Shown here in pieces: positions 1 to 11,297 of a stretch of 64,000 nt of DNA. Origin of the DNA: Candidatus Eiseniibacteriota bacterium (GTDB taxonomy: Bacteria; Eisenbacteria; RBG-16-71-46); assembly GCA_963744995.1 (NCBI GenBank), contig CAVUWA010000009.1, positions 384,001-448,000 on the forward strand, read 5' to 3'. The translations under genes and the position numbers were made by a program. Under the pieces are notes generated by a model, which made no database searches, had not been told where the DNA came from, and saw only the letters and a program-made list of their open reading frames with translations. Position 1 is the stretch's first letter. Every line of letters starts with the position of its first letter.

Positions 1-1
1 C

Positions 2-573
<572 letters not shown>

Positions 574-577
<4 letters not shown>

Positions 578-1677
578 AGACGCAGACCCCCACCGCGACC
601 GCGAAGGCCGCGGACGGCCCGCGGACCCGAACCGGCACGATGAAGGCCATCGTGAAAGCCGGCCCCGGGCCCGGCGCGGAGATCCGTGAAGTGCCCGTTC
701 CGAAGTGCGGACCGGGCGAGCTGCTGCTGCGTGTGCTGCGCGCGGGCGTGTGCGGCACCGATCTGCACATCTACAAATGGGACGGCTGGTCGGAGAGCCG
801 GTTGCGGCCGCCGGTGACGCTCGGTCACGAATTCGTGGGCGAGATCATCGAACTGGGCGCCGGCGTCACCGACTTCACGGTCGGTCAGCACGTCTCATGC
901 GAGAGCCACATCGTGTGCGGCCACTGCGTCGCATGCCGCACGGGCAACGGCCACGTGTGCGAGAACACCAGGATCCTGGGCGTGGACGTGAACGGGGGCT
1001 TCGCCGAGTACGTCGCCGTGCCTGCGGTCAACGGCTGGCCGGTGCCCCCCAGCATCTCGATCGAGGCGGCGGCCGTGATGGAGCCGCTCGGCAACGCCGT
1101 GCAGACCGCGTTCGCCGACGCGCTGGCCGGTTCCACGATCGGCGTCACCGGCTGCGGACCGATCGGTCTGTTCGCGATCGGCGTGGCGCGCGCCGCGGGA
1201 GCATCTCTCGTCATCGCCAGCGACGTGTCGCCCTACCGGCTCGATCTCGCCAGGAAGATGAACGCCGACGCGGTCGTCGACGTCTCGAAGGAATCGTTCG
1301 TGGATCGCGTGAACGAACTGACCGCCGGACGCGGCCTCGACGGCGTCCTCGAGATGTCGGGCAGTCCCGAGGCGATGCGCGACGGCCTCCAGGCCCTGCG
1401 CAACGGCGGGCGCCTCTCGCTGCTCGGCCTGCCCAAAGAGCCGTTCGTGCTGGACTGGAACCGGCTGGTGATCTTCAAGGGTGTGACGCTGCACGGCATC
1501 GTCGGCCGGCGGATGTTCCAGACCTGGTATCAGATGGACAATCTGCTGCGCTCGGGACGTCTCGACGTGACGCCGGCGATCACTCACGTGATGCCGATGG
1601 ACGAATTCGATACCGCGATCGGCCTGCTGGACTCGGGGCGCGCGGGCAAGGTCGTGCTGGTCCCGTGGGGCCAGTGA
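574..1677 (+). CDS. tdh: L-threonine 3-dehydrogenase (alternative start 640)
   Basis: Zn-MDR motifs [39 protein letters not shown] typical of Tdh; directly upstream of kbl. Confidence 0.93.
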
Positions 1678-1693
1678 GACGGGGGAGGCGGAC

Positions 1694-2902
<1,209 letters not shown>

Positions 2903-2918
2903 AACGGCCCCCGGTTCC

Positions 2919-2947
2919 TTGACCGGTGCCAGACGCTTCGCTAACGT
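2919..2947 (+). promoter_or_regulatory. Sigma70-type promoter candidate for gcv operon
   Basis: TTGACC-N17-TAACGT upstream of gcvT. Confidence 0.6.
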
Positions 2948-2978
2948 TCGACCGCCCTCGGCCACCCTGGAGTCCAAC

Positions 2979-4097
2979 GTGGAACCCTCGCAAACGATTC
3001 GCAAGACGCCGTTTCACGCCCACCACGTCGCGGCCGGAGCGAAGCTCATCGAGTTCGCCGGCTTCGAGATGCCCGTGCGCTATTCGGGCGACGTCCGCGA
3101 GCACCTCCTGGTGAGGAATGCCGCCGGCCTCTTCGACGTCTCCCACATGGGCGAATTCGAAGCGCGGGGCGCGGGCGCCGGCGCCTGGCTCGACCGCATG
3201 GTGACCAACGACGTCGCCGGTCTGGAGGTGGGACAGGCGCTCTACAGCCCGGTCTGCCGGCCGAGCGGCACGATCGTGGACGACGTGCTGGTCTATCGAT
3301 TCGCGGACCGCTACATGGTGGTGGTCAACGCCTCCAACCGGCTGAAGGACTTCGACTGGTTCCACGAGCACTGCCCGGAGGACGTGATGCTCGCGGACCG
3401 CAGCGATCAGACGGCGCTGCTTGCACTGCAGGGGCCGAAGGCAGCCTCGATCCTCGGCGGGCACGTCCCGGCCGCGGCGCTCGAACTCGGCACCTACCGG
3501 TTCATGGAGGGTGAGCTGTTCGGCGTGCCCGCGGTGATCTCGCGTACGGGCTACACGGGCGAGGACGGCTTCGAGCTCTATTTCGATCCGGCAGGGGCGG
3601 ACACCGTGTGGGAGGGGCTGATGGCCGCGGGCCGGCCGCACGGCCTCGAGCCGGTCGGGCTCGGCGCGCGTGACACGCTGCGGCTCGAGATGGGCTACAT
3701 GCTGTACGGCAACGACATCGACGAGAGCACGACGCCGCTCGAAGCGGGGCTCGGCTGGACGGTGAAGCTCCGAAAGGGCGAGTTCCACGGCCGCGAAGCG
3801 CTGCTGGCGCAGAAGGAGCGCGGGGTGCCGCGGAAGCTGGTCGGCATCGCTCTCGACGGCCGGCGCGTGCCGCGACACGGAATGCCGGTGCTCGCGGCGG
3901 GCCGCGCGACCGGGCACGTGGCGAGCGGGACGTTCAGTCCGAGCCTCGAGCGCCCGATCGGCATGGCCTACGTCGGGACGCCGGACGGCGCCATGGGGGC
4001 CACGATCGAAGTCGACGCCGGCCGTTCGCGTCTCGAAGCGAAGGTGGTGAAGCGGCCGTTCTACACACAGGGATCGCGGCGCGCGGGCGCCGCGTGA
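2979..4097 (+). CDS. gcvT: Glycine cleavage system aminomethyltransferase T
   Basis: GLFDVSHMGE, SRTGYTGEDGFE, GLGARDTLRLEMG; GTG start at 2979 after GGAG preferred over TTG 2919. Confidence 0.96.
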   Translation: MEPSQTIRKTPFHAHHVAAGAKLIEFAGFEMPVRYSGDVREHLLVRNAAGLFDVSHMGEFEARGAGAGAWLDRMVTNDVAGLEVGQALYSPVCRPSGTIVDDVLVYRFADRYMVVVNASNRLKDFDWFHEHCPEDVMLADRSDQTALLALQGPKAASILGGHVPAAALELGTYRFMEGELFGVPAVISRTGYTGEDGFELYFDPAGADTVWEGLMAAGRPHGLEPVGLGARDTLRLEMGYMLYGNDIDESTTPLEAGLGWTVKLRKGEFHGREALLAQKERGVPRKLVGIALDGRRVPRHGMPVLAAGRATGHVASGTFSPSLERPIGMAYVGTPDGAMGATIEVDAGRSRLEAKVVKRPFYTQGSRRAGAA

Positions 4098-4169
4098 ATC
4101 ATCCGGACGGCTTCGCCGCCGTCCGCTTGCCAACGATGAGCCGGCGGGAAACCGCCTGAGGAGGTCGCC

Positions 4170-4559
4170 GTGGGATTCCCGGACGACGTTCGATACACCC
4201 ATGAACACGAGTGGGCACGTCTCGAAGAGGGCGTGGTGACGGTGGGCATCACGAGCTATGCGACCGACCAGCTCGGCGACGTGGTCTTCGTGGAGCTGCC
4301 CGAGGTCGGAACGAAGCTCGACGCCATGAAGGCGTTCGGCGTCGTGGAGGCGGTCAAGACGGTCAGTGATCTCTACGCGCCGATCGCGGGCGAGGTGCTC
4401 GAAGTCAACGCAGCGCTGGGCGACAACCCCGGGCTGGTCAATCAGGAACCGTTCGGCGAAGGCTGGCTGGTGCGCCTGAAGCCGACCACGGCCGGTGAAT
4501 TCGAGAAGCTGATGACCAGCGTCGACTACGAAAAGCTGGTCGAGGAGCAGCACACGTGA
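4170..4559 (+). CDS. gcvH: Glycine cleavage system H protein
   Basis: YTHEHEW, LGDVVFVELP, VEAVKTVSDLYAP (lipoyl Lys), VNQEPFGEGWL; SD GAGGAGG. Confidence 0.97.
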   Translation: MGFPDDVRYTHEHEWARLEEGVVTVGITSYATDQLGDVVFVELPEVGTKLDAMKAFGVVEAVKTVSDLYAPIAGEVLEVNAALGDNPGLVNQEPFGEGWLVRLKPTTAGEFEKLMTSVDYEKLVEEQHT

Positions 4560-5908
4560 GCCACATCGGACTGACCCCGCGCGAAGAGCGCCGCATGCTG
4601 GACGACATCGGGGTCGCCTCGTTCGACGAGCTGCTCGAGGCGGTGCCGCAGAAGGCGCGGCTCGCCCGGCCGCTCGCGATCGACGGCCCGCTGTCCGAGA
4701 TCGAGTTGCGCCGGCGCTTCGGTGCCTGGGCCGCTGCGAACGATGCCGCCACGGCGGTGTCGTTCATGGGCGGCGGCCTCTACGATCACTACATTCCGGC
4801 CGCCGTGAATGCGGTCGCGTCACGCTCCGAGTTCGTCACGGCCTATACCCCCTACCAGCCGGAGGTGGCGCAGGGCTCGCTCACCGCGATCTTCGAGTTT
4901 CAGAGCATGATCGCCGAGCTCACCGGAATGGACGTGGCCAACGCCTCCATGTACGACGGTGCGACGGCTGCGGTGGAAGCCGCGCTGCTCGCGCAGGGCG
5001 CCACCCGGCGGGCCCGGGTGGTGGTGGCCGGCGCGCTGCACCCGAACTACCTCGGCGTGCTGCGCACGTACCTCGATGAGGCGCAGATCACGGTGGTCGC
5101 GGAACGCGGCGGTCAGTGCGCGCCCGAGGACCTGAAGGCGGCGCTCGAAGGCGACGTGGCCTGCGTGATCTACCAGCATCCGAATTTCTTCGGCCTGCTC
5201 GAGGGTCCGCGCGCGATTCACGCCCTCGCACACGAGGCGGGCGCGCTGGCGGTGGCCGTGTGCGATCCGGTGGCGCTCGCGCTGCTCGAGCCGCCGGGCG
5301 CGGGCGATCCGGCTGCGGCCGCGGACATCGCGGTGGGCGAGGGCCAGTGTCTCGGCAACCCGCCGTCGTTCGGCGGTCCGCTGCTGGGCTACTTCGCCTG
5401 CCGCAAGGCGCTGGTGCGGCGCATGCCCGGACGCATCGCCGGACAGACCGTGGACGTCCACGGCCGGCGCGGCTTCGTCCTCACCCTGCAGACCCGCGAG
5501 CAGCACATCCGGCGCGAGAAAGCGACGTCGAACATCTGCACCAACCAGGGCCTGATGGCACTGCGCGCGACGATCTACATGGGTCTCATGGGGCGCGAGG
5601 GAATGCGCGAGATGGCGGAGCTCTGCGTGCAGAAGACCCACCATGCCGCGCATGCCGCGGCCGCCCTGCCGGGGTACGCCCTGGCGCACGGCGGCGCATT
5701 CTTCCGCGAGTTCGTGCTCGAGTGCCCCGTGGATGCCGCCCGCGTGTACGAAACCGGACGTGACATGGGCGTGCTGCCGGGCATCGATCTCGGCCGCTTC
5801 GATCCGAGCTGGAAACGCTGGCTGCTGGTGGCGGTCACCGAGCAGCGCGATGCCGCCGACATCGGGCGCTGGCTCGAGGTGCTGCGTCGCGCGGGAGGCG
5901 CCCGATGA
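4556..5908 (+). CDS. gcvPA: Glycine dehydrogenase (decarboxylating) subunit 1
   Basis: TAYTPYQPEVAQG, ANASMYDG, LQTREQHIRREKATSNICTNQ. Confidence 0.96.
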   Translation: MSHIGLTPREERRMLDDIGVASFDELLEAVPQKARLARPLAIDGPLSEIELRRRFGAWAAANDAATAVSFMGGGLYDHYIPAAVNAVASRSEFVTAYTPYQPEVAQGSLTAIFEFQSMIAELTGMDVANASMYDGATAAVEAALLAQGATRRARVVVAGALHPNYLGVLRTYLDEAQITVVAERGGQCAPEDLKAALEGDVACVIYQHPNFFGLLEGPRAIHALAHEAGALAVAVCDPVALALLEPPGAGDPAAAADIAVGEGQCLGNPPSFGGPLLGYFACRKALVRRMPGRIAGQTVDVHGRRGFVLTLQTREQHIRREKATSNICTNQGLMALRATIYMGLMGREGMREMAELCVQKTHHAAHAAAALPGYALAHGGAFFREFVLECPVDAARVYETGRDMGVLPGIDLGRFDPSWKRWLLVAVTEQRDAADIGRWLEVLRRAGGAR

Positions 5909-7410
5909 ATCTCGAACGCCGATTGCTGAACGAACAGGGCGGCGAGGGCCACCGGGGTCCGGCGCTGCCCGCATGCGACGTCCCGACCCGCCCGCTCGAG
6001 GAGCTGCTCCCGGGCGCGACGCTGCGCGGGGCGCTCGACTTTCCGCGCGTCAGCGAGCCCGAGGTCGTGCGGCATTTCATCGAACTGTCCACGCTCAACC
6101 ACCACATCGACCGCGGCTTCTACCCGCTCGGCTCGTGCACGATGAAGCACAATCCGAAGATCAACGACGAGCTGGCTGCGCTGCCGGGCTTCGCCCTCGC
6201 CCACCCGCTCGGCGATGACGCCTCGAATCAGGGCGCGCTCGCGGTGATCCACGAGCTGCAGAAGACGCTCGCCGAGATCACCGGCTTCCACGCCGTGACC
6301 ACACAGCCCGCCGCCGGCGCGCAGGGCGAGTTGACCGGGCTGCTGATGATCCGCGCCTGGCACCGCTCGCGCGGGGAAGGGGACCAGCGCCGGGTGGTGA
6401 TCGTGCCCGACTCGGCGCACGGCACCAATCCCGCGAGCGTGCATCTGGTCGGCTACGAGACGGTCACGGTGGCATCCGGTGGACGCGGCACGGTGGACCC
6501 GCAGGCGCTGCGCGGGGCGCTCGACGATCGCACCGCAGCCGTCATGCTCACGGTGCCCAACACGCTCGGGTTGTTCGAGTCCGGGATCCTCGACGTGACG
6601 GCGCTTGCGCACGAAGCGGGGGCGCAGGTCTACATGGACGGCGCCAACCTGAACGCCCTGGTCGGGCACGTTCGCCCGGGCGATCTCGGTTTCGACGTCA
6701 TGCACATCAACGTGCACAAGACGTTCTCGACCCCGCACGGCGGCGGCGGTCCCGGCGCCGGACCGGTCGCGGTGGCGAAGCATCTCGAGCCGTTCCTGCC
6801 GATCCCGGTCGTGGAGGAGCGTGACGGGCGCCTCGCCTTCAGTGAGGACCGGCCGCAGTCGGTCGGTCGGGTGCATGCGTTTCACGGCAACTTCGGCATC
6901 CTGGTGCGGGCGCTGGCCTACATCCTCGGCTACGGCCCCGCAGGGCTGCGCGACGTCAGCCGTGCGGCGATTCTCAATGCCAACTGGCTGATGCGGCGCC
7001 TGGCGCGCACCTACGAGCTGCCGCACCGGCAGCATTGCATGCACGAATTCGTGCTTTCGGGACGCGGGCTGCGCAAGTACGGCATCAAGACGCTCGACGT
7101 GGCGAAACGCTTGCTCGACTTCGGCGTTCACGCGCCGACCGTCTACTTTCCCCTGATCGTCGAGGAAGCGCTGATGATCGAGCCGACCGAGACGGAAACG
7201 CTCGACCGACTCGAACACTTCGCCGAGGCCATGGAACAGATCGCGCGCGAGGCGGCCGCGAATCCGGAACTGCTCCACTCGGCTCCGCACACCACGCCGT
7301 CCGGGCGACTCGACGAAGGACGTGCGGCGCGCGAGCTGGTGCTGCGCTGGTCGGGCTCCGCGTCCGCGACGGCGGCACCGTCGCCCACGCACGAGTCGGC
7401 GACGAGGTGA
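5905..7410 (+). CDS. gcvPB: Glycine dehydrogenase (decarboxylating) subunit 2
   Basis: YPLGSCTMKHNP, SAHGTNPAS, NVHKTFSTPHGGGGPG (PLP Lys), MIEPTETET. Confidence 0.96.
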   Translation: MNLERRLLNEQGGEGHRGPALPACDVPTRPLEELLPGATLRGALDFPRVSEPEVVRHFIELSTLNHHIDRGFYPLGSCTMKHNPKINDELAALPGFALAHPLGDDASNQGALAVIHELQKTLAEITGFHAVTTQPAAGAQGELTGLLMIRAWHRSRGEGDQRRVVIVPDSAHGTNPASVHLVGYETVTVASGGRGTVDPQALRGALDDRTAAVMLTVPNTLGLFESGILDVTALAHEAGAQVYMDGANLNALVGHVRPGDLGFDVMHINVHKTFSTPHGGGGPGAGPVAVAKHLEPFLPIPVVEERDGRLAFSEDRPQSVGRVHAFHGNFGILVRALAYILGYGPAGLRDVSRAAILNANWLMRRLARTYELPHRQHCMHEFVLSGRGLRKYGIKTLDVAKRLLDFGVHAPTVYFPLIVEEALMIEPTETETLDRLEHFAEAMEQIAREAAANPELLHSAPHTTPSGRLDEGRAARELVLRWSGSASATAAPSPTHESATR

Positions 7411-7889
7411 GGACGGCGCGTGCCATTTCCTCCGCGGAAGCTCCGTCCGCTCCGGGCCCCCTCGCGGGCCGCGCTGCGGTCGAGTGGACGTGGCAACCGT
7501 GGCGGGACCGGCCCGGGCGCGCGGCGCTGGCCGTGGTCGCCGCGTTCGGGCTGTGCGTGCTGGTCCTCAGGTTGACGCTGGCCCCGCTCACGGCCCTGCT
7601 GCTCTCGATCGTGGTGGTCTCGGCGCTAGCCTCGAGCTTCCTGCCGGCCCGCTGCCGGGTGGACGCGGAAGGGGTGGCGCTGAGGGGCGGCGGCGGCTGG
7701 AGCTCACGGCGCTGGACGGACATCCGTCGCGCCCGCGTCGGCCGGCGCGGACTCTTCGTGTCACCCTTTTCGAGCCGCCGCTGGATGGACGCGTGGCGCG
7801 CGCTGTTCCTGCCCTTTCCCGCCGACCGCGCCGACGACCTGATCCGGGTCGTACAGCGCTACCTGGACGATCGTGACCTCGCGGCCTGA
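7407..7889 (+). CDS. Small membrane protein (two TM helices plus short beta-rich C-terminal domain), unknown function
   Basis: GTG overlapping gcvPB stop (GTGA); two hydrophobic segments followed by 'RCRVDAEGVALR...RRWTDIRR' (PH-like pattern). Confidence 0.7.
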   Translation: MRTARAISSAEAPSAPGPLAGRAAVEWTWQPWRDRPGRAALAVVAAFGLCVLVLRLTLAPLTALLLSIVVVSALASSFLPARCRVDAEGVALRGGGGWSSRRWTDIRRARVGRRGLFVSPFSSRRWMDAWRALFLPFPADRADDLIRVVQRYLDDRDLAA

Positions 7890-8211
7890 GGGGATCACCG
7901 ACGCCGACGAAGCGGTGCTGCGCCGCGTGGCGGCGCGGGTCGTCGAGCTGCGGATGGAAATCCCCGCGATCCTCACGATCGAAGGCGGGCTGCCGATGTC
8001 GGTGGTCGCGGGGCAGACGCTGCACTTTCTCCAGCCCGTGGTGCAGGCGATGTTCCGCCTGCCCGACTACCAGCGCTTCGCCGCGCTGATCGAGCGTCGC
8101 GAGTCGCTCGGGTATCTCGTGTCACTGATCGAAGAGCGAGCCGACGCTGCGCACCGCGAGCGGCGCGAAGCGGACCGCGCGCGCAAGGCGGCGCGCGCGG
8201 CGAGGCACTGA
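7873..8211 (+). CDS. Small helical hypothetical protein
   Basis: 112-aa ORF with typical codon bias, overlapping the upstream gene and ending 13 nt before the next start. Confidence 0.8.
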   Translation: MTSRPEGITDADEAVLRRVAARVVELRMEIPAILTIEGGLPMSVVAGQTLHFLQPVVQAMFRLPDYQRFAALIERRESLGYLVSLIEERADAAHRERREADRARKAARAARH

Positions 8212-8224
8212 CCGGAAAGGACCG

Positions 8225-10036
8225 ATGGCGATTCGACCCGAGGACATTCACTCGATTCTCGCGACCGACTGCGGCTCGACGACCACCAAGGCGATCCTGA
8301 TCGAGCGGCGCGAGGACGGTTACCGGCTGATCGTGCGGGGCGAGGCGCCGACCACGGTCGAAGCGCCGTTCGAGGACGTCACCCGCGGCGTGCTGAACGC
8401 CGTGAAAGAGGTGGAGGAACTGGCCGGACGCCGTCTCCTGGACGGCGAACGCATCATCACGCCGAGAGTCGGCGACGAAGGCGTCGATCTGTTCGTCTCG
8501 ACCTCGAGCGCGGGCGGCGGCCTGCAGATGATGGTCTCCGGCCTGGTGCTGCAGATGACCGGCGAGTCCGCGCAGCGCGCGGCGCTCGGCGCGGGCGCGA
8601 TCGTGATGGACGTCATCGCGCTCAACGACGGCCGCCGGCCCCACGAGAAGATCCGGCGGCTGCGCCAGCTGCGGCCCGACATGATCCTGCTCTCGGGTGG
8701 CACCGACGGCGGCGACGTCAGGCGCGTCGCCGAAATGGCGGAGATCCTGCTCGCTGCCGACCCGAAGGCGCGCCTCGGCACCGGTTACGAGCTGCCGGTG
8801 ATCTACGCGGGGAATTGCGAGGCCGCGGATGTCGTGACCGAAACGCTCGGCAGGAGAACCGCGCTGAGCGTCGTGCCCAATCTGCGCCCGACCCTCGAGC
8901 GCGAGAACCTGAAGCCCGCCCGCGATGCGATCCACGATCTGTTCATGGAGCACGTGATGGCGCACGCGCCGGGCTACAAGAAGCTCATGACGTGGTCGCC
9001 GGTGCCGATCATGCCGACGCCGGGCGCCGTCGGGATCATCATCGAGAAGGTGGCGAAGCGCGACCGGCTCGCGGTCGTGGGGGTGGACATCGGCGGCGCG
9101 ACGACGGACGTGTTCTCGGTGTTCCAGGAGATCTTCAATCGCACCGTCTCGGCCAACCTGGGCATGAGCTATTCGATCTCGAACGTGATGGCCGAGGCGG
9201 GCATCGAGCGGATCCTGCGCTGGGTGCCGTTCGACGTCGACGAAGGCGAGTTGCGCAACCGGATCAAGAACAAGATGATCCGACCGACGACGATTCCGCA
9301 GGAACTCAGCGATCTGGTGATCGAGCAGGCGATCGCGCGGGAAGCGCTGCGGCTCGCGTTCGAGCAGCACAAGGCGCTCGCGGTGGGCCTCAAGGGCGTG
9401 CAGACCGAACGCACGATCTCCGACATCATGGCGCAGACGGAATCGGGATCCTCGCTGGTCAATCTGCTGGACCTCGGCCTGCTGGTCGGCTCGGGCGGAG
9501 TCCTGTCGCACGCGCCGCGAAGGGTGCAGGCGGCGCTGATGATGATCGATGCGTTCCTGCCGGAAGGACTCACGCACCTCGCCGTCGACAGCATCTTCAT
9601 GGCGCCGCAGCTCGGCGTGCTTTCGAGCGTGCACGAGGAAGCGGCGACGCAGGTGTTCGAGCGCGACTGTCTCGTGCGGCTCGGCGCGGTGCTGGCGCCG
9701 ATCGGCACGAGCAGAGTCGGCCAGCCCTGCGTGCGGGTGGAGCTCACCCGCAGCGACGGACAGAAGCTGGCCCGTGAGGTGGCGTTCGGGGACCTGCTGC
9801 TCATGCCGCTGCCCAGGGACGGCGAGGTCGAGATGACGGCCACGCCGGAGCGCGGGTTCGACCTCGGCGAGGGCAAGGGACACCCGATCCGCGCCAGCGT
9901 GCGCGGCGGCGTCGTGGGTTTCATCGTCGACGCGCGCGGGCGCCGGCCCTTCGAGATCCCGTCGGATCCCGCGATCCGCATCGAGCGTCTGGGTGCCTGG
10001 AACCGGGCCCTCGGCGTGTACCCGGAGGACGTCTAG
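8225..10036 (+). CDS. GlmL / 'glutamate mutase L'-like ASKHA (actin-like) ATPase with C-terminal extension
   Basis: Phosphate-1 TDCGSTTTK, SSAGGGL, LSGGTDGG, MPTPGAV, phosphate-2 VDIGGATTDV, adenosine GSGGVL motifs match the GlmL/MutL(OraF/KamB) reactivase-like family; unrelated to DNA-repair MutL. Confidence 0.85.
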   Translation: MAIRPEDIHSILATDCGSTTTKAILIERREDGYRLIVRGEAPTTVEAPFEDVTRGVLNAVKEVEELAGRRLLDGERIITPRVGDEGVDLFVSTSSAGGGLQMMVSGLVLQMTGESAQRAALGAGAIVMDVIALNDGRRPHEKIRRLRQLRPDMILLSGGTDGGDVRRVAEMAEILLAADPKARLGTGYELPVIYAGNCEAADVVTETLGRRTALSVVPNLRPTLERENLKPARDAIHDLFMEHVMAHAPGYKKLMTWSPVPIMPTPGAVGIIIEKVAKRDRLAVVGVDIGGATTDVFSVFQEIFNRTVSANLGMSYSISNVMAEAGIERILRWVPFDVDEGELRNRIKNKMIRPTTIPQELSDLVIEQAIAREALRLAFEQHKALAVGLKGVQTERTISDIMAQTESGSSLVNLLDLGLLVGSGGVLSHAPRRVQAALMMIDAFLPEGLTHLAVDSIFMAPQLGVLSSVHEEAATQVFERDCLVRLGAVLAPIGTSRVGQPCVRVELTRSDGQKLAREVAFGDLLLMPLPRDGEVEMTATPERGFDLGEGKGHPIRASVRGGVVGFIVDARGRRPFEIPSDPAIRIERLGAWNRALGVYPEDV

Positions 10037-11161
10037 ATGGCCCACGCCTACACCCCCGGCCTGCGCGTCACCCCGTACGCGATCCTCACCCGCGAACGCC
10101 GGCTGCCGCTCAAAGGCGAGGTGCTGGTCCGTAACGGTGATGCCGTGGAAGCGGACACGGTGGTCGCGCGCTGCGAGCTGCCGGGCAACGTGCAGACGGT
10201 GAACCTCGCGTCGAAGCTGGCGCTGGACCCGGCGCGCGCCCCGCAGTCGCTGCGCATCCCGCTGGGCTCGACCTGCCGCAAGGGCGATGTGATCGCCGCG
10301 GCCTCTTCGATGTTCGGCCTGTTTCGCAACAAGGTCACCGCGCCGGCCGACGGCACCATCGAGAGCGTCTCCAGCGTGACCGGGCAGCTGATCCTGCGCG
10401 AACGGCCGATCCCGGTCGAGGTCGACGCCTTCGTGCACGGCGTGGTCGCGGACACGATCCCCGGTGAAGGCGTCATCGTCGAGACGCGCGGGGCCTTCCT
10501 GCAGGGGATCTTCGGCGTGGGCGGCGAGACGTTCGGCGAGATCGCGATCGCGGCCGAATCCGCCGACGACGTTCTCGAGGCCGCGGCGCTCGACGCGTCG
10601 CACCGCGGCAAGGTGGTCGTCGGCGGCGCATACGTGTCGCACGCGGTGCTCATGCGCGCGAAGGAACTGGGCGTGGCCGCGGTGGTGGTCGGCGGCTTCG
10701 ACGACCGCGATCTGCGCATGCTGCTCGGGCGCGATCTGGGCGTCGCCATCACCGGTTCCGAAGAGCTCGGGCTGACGCTCATCCTCACCGAAGGGTTCGG
10801 CCACATCCGCATGGCGGAGCGCACCTGGAAGCTGCTCGGCGAGAACGCCGGGCGCAAGGCTTCGGTCAGCGGCGCGACGCAGATCCGGGCCGGGGTGATG
10901 CGGCCCGAAATCCTCATCCCTCAGGAGAAGACCGCATTCCAGCCGGCGCGCGAGGCCGGAGAGCAGGGCCTCGACATCGGCACGCAGCTGCGGGTGATCC
11001 GCCAGCCGCACTTCGGCCGCATCGGCCGTGTGCTCGAGCTGCCGCCCGAGTTGCGTGCGCTGGAGAGCGAGGCCCGAGTACGGGTGCTGGTGGTCGAGTT
11101 CGACGACGACCACAGCCACGCCACGATCCCGCGTGCCAACGTCGAGATCATCGCGCGCTGA
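10037..11161 (+). CDS. Hypothetical protein with barrel-sandwich hybrid (lipoyl-like) segments and C-terminal KOW/SH3-like domain
   Basis: VLVRNGDAVEADTVVAR and GDVIA...APADGTIESV patterns; C-terminal GTQLRVIRQPHFGRIGRV; ATG abuts upstream stop. Confidence 0.8.
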   Translation: MAHAYTPGLRVTPYAILTRERRLPLKGEVLVRNGDAVEADTVVARCELPGNVQTVNLASKLALDPARAPQSLRIPLGSTCRKGDVIAAASSMFGLFRNKVTAPADGTIESVSSVTGQLILRERPIPVEVDAFVHGVVADTIPGEGVIVETRGAFLQGIFGVGGETFGEIAIAAESADDVLEAAALDASHRGKVVVGGAYVSHAVLMRAKELGVAAVVVGGFDDRDLRMLLGRDLGVAITGSEELGLTLILTEGFGHIRMAERTWKLLGENAGRKASVSGATQIRAGVMRPEILIPQEKTAFQPAREAGEQGLDIGTQLRVIRQPHFGRIGRVLELPPELRALESEARVRVLVVEFDDDHSHATIPRANVEIIAR

Positions 11162-11197
11162 GGCGCGCGCCGCGGCGCGGGCGAGGATCCAAAGTCG

Positions 11198-11227
11198 TTG
11201 ACACCCATGCGCTTCGATGGTTAGCTT
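11198..11227 (+). promoter_or_regulatory. Sigma70-type promoter candidate for the membrane sub-cluster
   Basis: TTGACA-N18-TAGCTT in the gap before 11298. Confidence 0.65.
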
Positions 11228-11297
11228 CGTCGCGTCGTCACACGGACGTTGCGGCCCCTCGAAAGTCCAGCGGGGCCGAAACCCATGGGGGGTGTTC

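Noticed and set aside
2903..2978. Possible glycine riboswitch before gcvT
   Set aside because: Gap is too short and mostly taken by the promoter; no GGAGA / CUCAGG aptamer motifs.
7873..7960. DEAVLRRVAARVVEL helix resembling a BMC encapsulation peptide
   Set aside because: Generic amphipathic helix in a small helical protein 16 kb from the BMC; not set off by a linker from an enzyme domain.
8225..10036. Reading this gene as a second DNA-repair mutL
   Set aside because: Name collision only: it has ASKHA motifs, not GHKL motifs; the real mutL is at 56208-57977.
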